From the NCBI GenBank assembly GCA_002352345.1, contig DEIG01000014.1:33-64032 (forward strand): 64,000 bases of DNA, given 5' to 3'. A program made the position numbers and the translations under genes. Positions 61,361-64,000 of the stretch are shown here, in pieces. This DNA is from Methylococcaceae bacterium UBA2780. GTDB lineage: Bacteria; Pseudomonadota; Gammaproteobacteria; Methylococcales; UBA2780. The notes beneath the pieces were generated by a model. It made no database searches. It was not told the DNA's origin and worked only from the letters and a program-made list of their open reading frames with translations. Numbering within the stretch: the first letter of the stretch is position 1; each line of letters begins with the position of its first letter.

Positions 61361-62534
61361 GGTCGATGTATTAATTGTTGGCGCTGGCGCTGCCGGCCTC
61401 TTCTGCGCGATAGAGGCTGGTAAGCGCGGGCGTAAAGTGGTCGTGCTCGACCATGCCAACAAAGCGGGCAAAAAAATCCTCATGTCTGGGGGCGGACGCT
61501 GTAACTTTACCAATTACGAAGTCAGCGCCAATAACTACCTCTCACATAACCCTCATTTCTGTAAATCGGCCATCAGTCGCTATACGCAGTGGGACTTTCT
61601 CGCTTTAATCGACAAATACCAGATTCCATTTCACGAACGAGACCATGGCCAACTCTTTTGTAATGAAAGTGCCAAAGATATTCTCGACATGCTGCTTACC
61701 GAGTGCGAAAAGGCGGGGGTTAAAGTCCAGCTCAACTGCTCCGTTAAAGCAATTCAAAAGAGAGACACTGACTCTTTCTCCGTCGAGGCATCACAGGGAA
61801 CTTTTCAACCCGAATCACTGGTGATTGCCACTGGCGGCCTATCCATTCCCAAAATGGGTGCCACCCCCTTTGGTTATAAAGTTGCCGAACAGTTTGGACA
61901 CAACATCCAAGCAACGCGTGCGGGGCTTGTCCCTTTTACGCTTCAACCCAGAGACAAAGAGACTTTCGCTGAACTCTCCGGCATTGCCGTTGATGCGGTT
62001 GTTCGGTGCGGCAGCAGCGAATTTAGAGAAAACATACTTTTCACTCATCGAGGATTAAGTGGCCCCGCTATTCTACAAATATCCTCCTACTGGCAACCGG
62101 GTGAAGTGATTAATATCAATCTACTGCCCGATCTTGATCTTGTTGCATTCATTAGAGAAAAACAGGTAGCTCAGCCAAAAAGCCAGCTTAAAACCATCCT
62201 CAAGGAAAAATTACCAAAGCGACTATGTGCCGCTCGATTTAAAGAGGAAACGCTCGAACGCCATCTAAACCAGCTCTCAATAAAAGAGATAGACAAGATT
62301 GCCGAAGATCTGCAACAGTGGCAAATAAAACCAAATAGCACAGAAGGTTATCGCACGGCTGAAGTGACGCTTGGTGGTGTTGATTGTAATGAGCTTTCAT
62401 CCAAAACGATGGCGTCTAGCAAAGTTCCAAACCTCTATTTTATCGGCGAAGTGATCGATGTTACCGGTTGGCTTGGTGGTTATAACTTTCAGTGGGCATG
62501 GTCATCAGGGTGGTGCGCAGGGCAAGTGGTCTAA
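61350..62534 (+). CDS. HI0933/BaiN/YhiN-family FAD-dependent oxidoreductase
   Basis: [37 protein letters not shown] 61350 overlaps the upstream stop. Confidence 0.9.
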   Translation: MLSKVDVLIVGAGAAGLFCAIEAGKRGRKVVVLDHANKAGKKILMSGGGRCNFTNYEVSANNYLSHNPHFCKSAISRYTQWDFLALIDKYQIPFHERDHGQLFCNESAKDILDMLLTECEKAGVKVQLNCSVKAIQKRDTDSFSVEASQGTFQPESLVIATGGLSIPKMGATPFGYKVAEQFGHNIQATRAGLVPFTLQPRDKETFAELSGIAVDAVVRCGSSEFRENILFTHRGLSGPAILQISSYWQPGEVININLLPDLDLVAFIREKQVAQPKSQLKTILKEKLPKRLCAARFKEETLERHLNQLSIKEIDKIAEDLQQWQIKPNSTEGYRTAEVTLGGVDCNELSSKTMASSKVPNLYFIGEVIDVTGWLGGYNFQWAWSSGWCAGQVV

Positions 62535-62581
62535 ATTGTTGTACCATCTAACTATCAATTAATGCACCCTCAAAGAGATTA

Positions 62582-63364
62582 ATGAAAAGAGCCTCCCTAA
62601 CAGTCCGACTCCAGTTATGTCTTGTTCTGCTAATACTCTCTTTCAGCTCGTCCACGTTCTCTGCTGACACGCCCATTATTGCTGCGGCAGCCAGTACAAA
62701 ATTTGCGCTTGAAGAGATTGTTAAAGCCTTTCATCAAGACAGTGGTAAAAATATACGTGTAAGTTACGCCTCTTCGGGCAACCTGACCCGACAAATTCAA
62801 CGCGGCGCCCCCTTCGAACTATTTCTCTCGGCTAACAGTAGATATGTTGAGCTACTTGCCCAGCAGAAGAAAACCGCCAATACCGCTATTACTTATGCGC
62901 TCGGTCATCTCGTTCTAATCACGAACAGGCAGACTAAAATAGCACTTGATACTGAGCTAAAGGGAATCAGTCAGCTTCTTCAAAAGAACAGCTTAAACCG
63001 CTTCTCTATCGCCAACCCGGCACATGCCCCTTACGGTATCGCCGCACAGGAAGCATTGAAAAACCTAAAACTATGGGAACAGATCAGACCCCACCTTGTT
63101 CTCGGTGAAAATGCAGCTCAAGCGGCTCAGTTCTCAAGCTCTGGAGCGGCGCAAGCAGGACTTGTCTCCTACTCTCTCGCGCTTGCACCTGCTTTAAAAA
63201 ATAGCAGCCGCTTTGTCGTCATTCCAGCCAACTTGCACCGGCCTATTGAGCAGAGCATGGTGTTATTAAATAATGCAGGGGATACAGCCAAACTATTTTT
63301 TAAATACCTACAAGGCGAGAAAGCCGGTAAGATTCTATCTCGTTATGGCTACACAAAACCGTAA
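62582..63364 (+). CDS. modA: Molybdate ABC transporter substrate-binding protein
   Basis: AAAS, SSGNL, GAPFELFLSA, ANPAHAPYG, GEN. Confidence 0.92.
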   Translation: MKRASLTVRLQLCLVLLILSFSSSTFSADTPIIAAAASTKFALEEIVKAFHQDSGKNIRVSYASSGNLTRQIQRGAPFELFLSANSRYVELLAQQKKTANTAITYALGHLVLITNRQTKIALDTELKGISQLLQKNSLNRFSIANPAHAPYGIAAQEALKNLKLWEQIRPHLVLGENAAQAAQFSSSGAAQAGLVSYSLALAPALKNSSRFVVIPANLHRPIEQSMVLLNNAGDTAKLFFKYLQGEKAGKILSRYGYTKP

Positions 63365-63370
63365 ATATTA

Positions 63371-64000
63371 ATGGACTGGCAGGCTCTCACCTTATCAATC
63401 AAGCTAAGTCTTGCCGCACTGCTATTTTTATTGCCGATAGGAATTATTTTTGGTCGCTGGCTCGCTTACCGGCAGTTTTTTGGAAAGTCATTACTGCAGA
63501 CATTATTAACACTTCCGCTGGTGTTGCCTCCTACCGTTCTCGGCTACTACATGCTTGTCACGTTCAGCCCCACCAGCGGTTTGGGCGCATGGCTCTCATC
63601 TACTTTCGACACTTCACTTGTCTTTAACTTTCAGGGGCTTTTACTCGCCTCAATCATATTCAACCTTCCTTTCGCTATTCAACCGATGCAACGCGCTTTT
63701 GCAGCTATCCCTCGTGAGATTCGCGATGCTGCGGCTTGCTGTGGAATGAAACCCAGTCGAGTCTTCTGGAAAATTGAGCTGCCACTCGCTTGGCCCGGCG
63801 TTGTCTCGGCAATGGTGCTCTCTTTCGCCCACACACTAGGCGAATTCGGCATTGTATTAATGGTCGGAGGCAATATTCCCGGGGAAACTCAAACAATCGC
63901 TATCTCTATTTATGATCGCGTTCAGGCTTTTGATGAGCAGTCGGCCTCAATCATGTCGCTTAGTCTGCTGCTGTTTTCTATCTTAACGATCTCCTTTACC
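63371..64000 (+). CDS. modB: Molybdate ABC transporter permease (partial, runs off window, absent from ORF track)
   Basis: ATG 63371 MDWQALTLS..., LPLVLPPTVLGYY, FAHTLGEFGIVLMVGGNIPGET. Confidence 0.93.
   Translation, partial: MDWQALTLSIKLSLAALLFLLPIGIIFGRWLAYRQFFGKSLLQTLLTLPLVLPPTVLGYYMLVTFSPTSGLGAWLSSTFDTSLVFNFQGLLLASIIFNLPFAIQPMQRAFAAIPREIRDAAACCGMKPSRVFWKIELPLAWPGVVSAMVLSFAHTLGEFGIVLMVGGNIPGETQTIAISIYDRVQAFDEQSASIMSLSLLLFSILTISFT

Overview
Gammaproteobacterial chromosome segment. It is mostly conserved housekeeping genes: ispE-lolB-TPR / hemA-prfA-prmC, gatCAB, mreBCD-mrdA-rodA-mltB-rlpA-dacA-dat-ybeD-lipBA, amgK-murU, lptD-surA-pdxA-rsmA, ychF, leuA, a cspA/RRM/rhlE cluster, two ABC-F genes and modAB. 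One accessory element stands out: a ~6.3 kb integrative element inserted in the elongator tRNA-Met gene, bounded by a 45-bp att direct repeat (42570-42614 / 48885-48929) with arm-type TCGCGTA repeats and an IHF consensus site. It encodes a tyrosine integrase, an excisionase-like protein, a Rep_trans rolling-circle initiator and an uncharacterised DNA-binding protein. Its cargo is an apparently complete retron: PRTase-like effector, winged-helix protein, structured msr/msd ncRNA and retron reverse transcriptase (type III-like, probably anti-phage). Separately, an orphan membrane protein at 56679-57341 (-) aligns by eye without gaps to the core of PmoC/AmoC (copper membrane monooxygenase subunit C) but has lost most copper ligands. 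Other observations include a probable non-canonical ATA start for mreC, a candidate leucine leader upstream of leuA and a duplicated Cys/Trp motif in LptD. All family calls come from manual motif recognition; no database searches were run.
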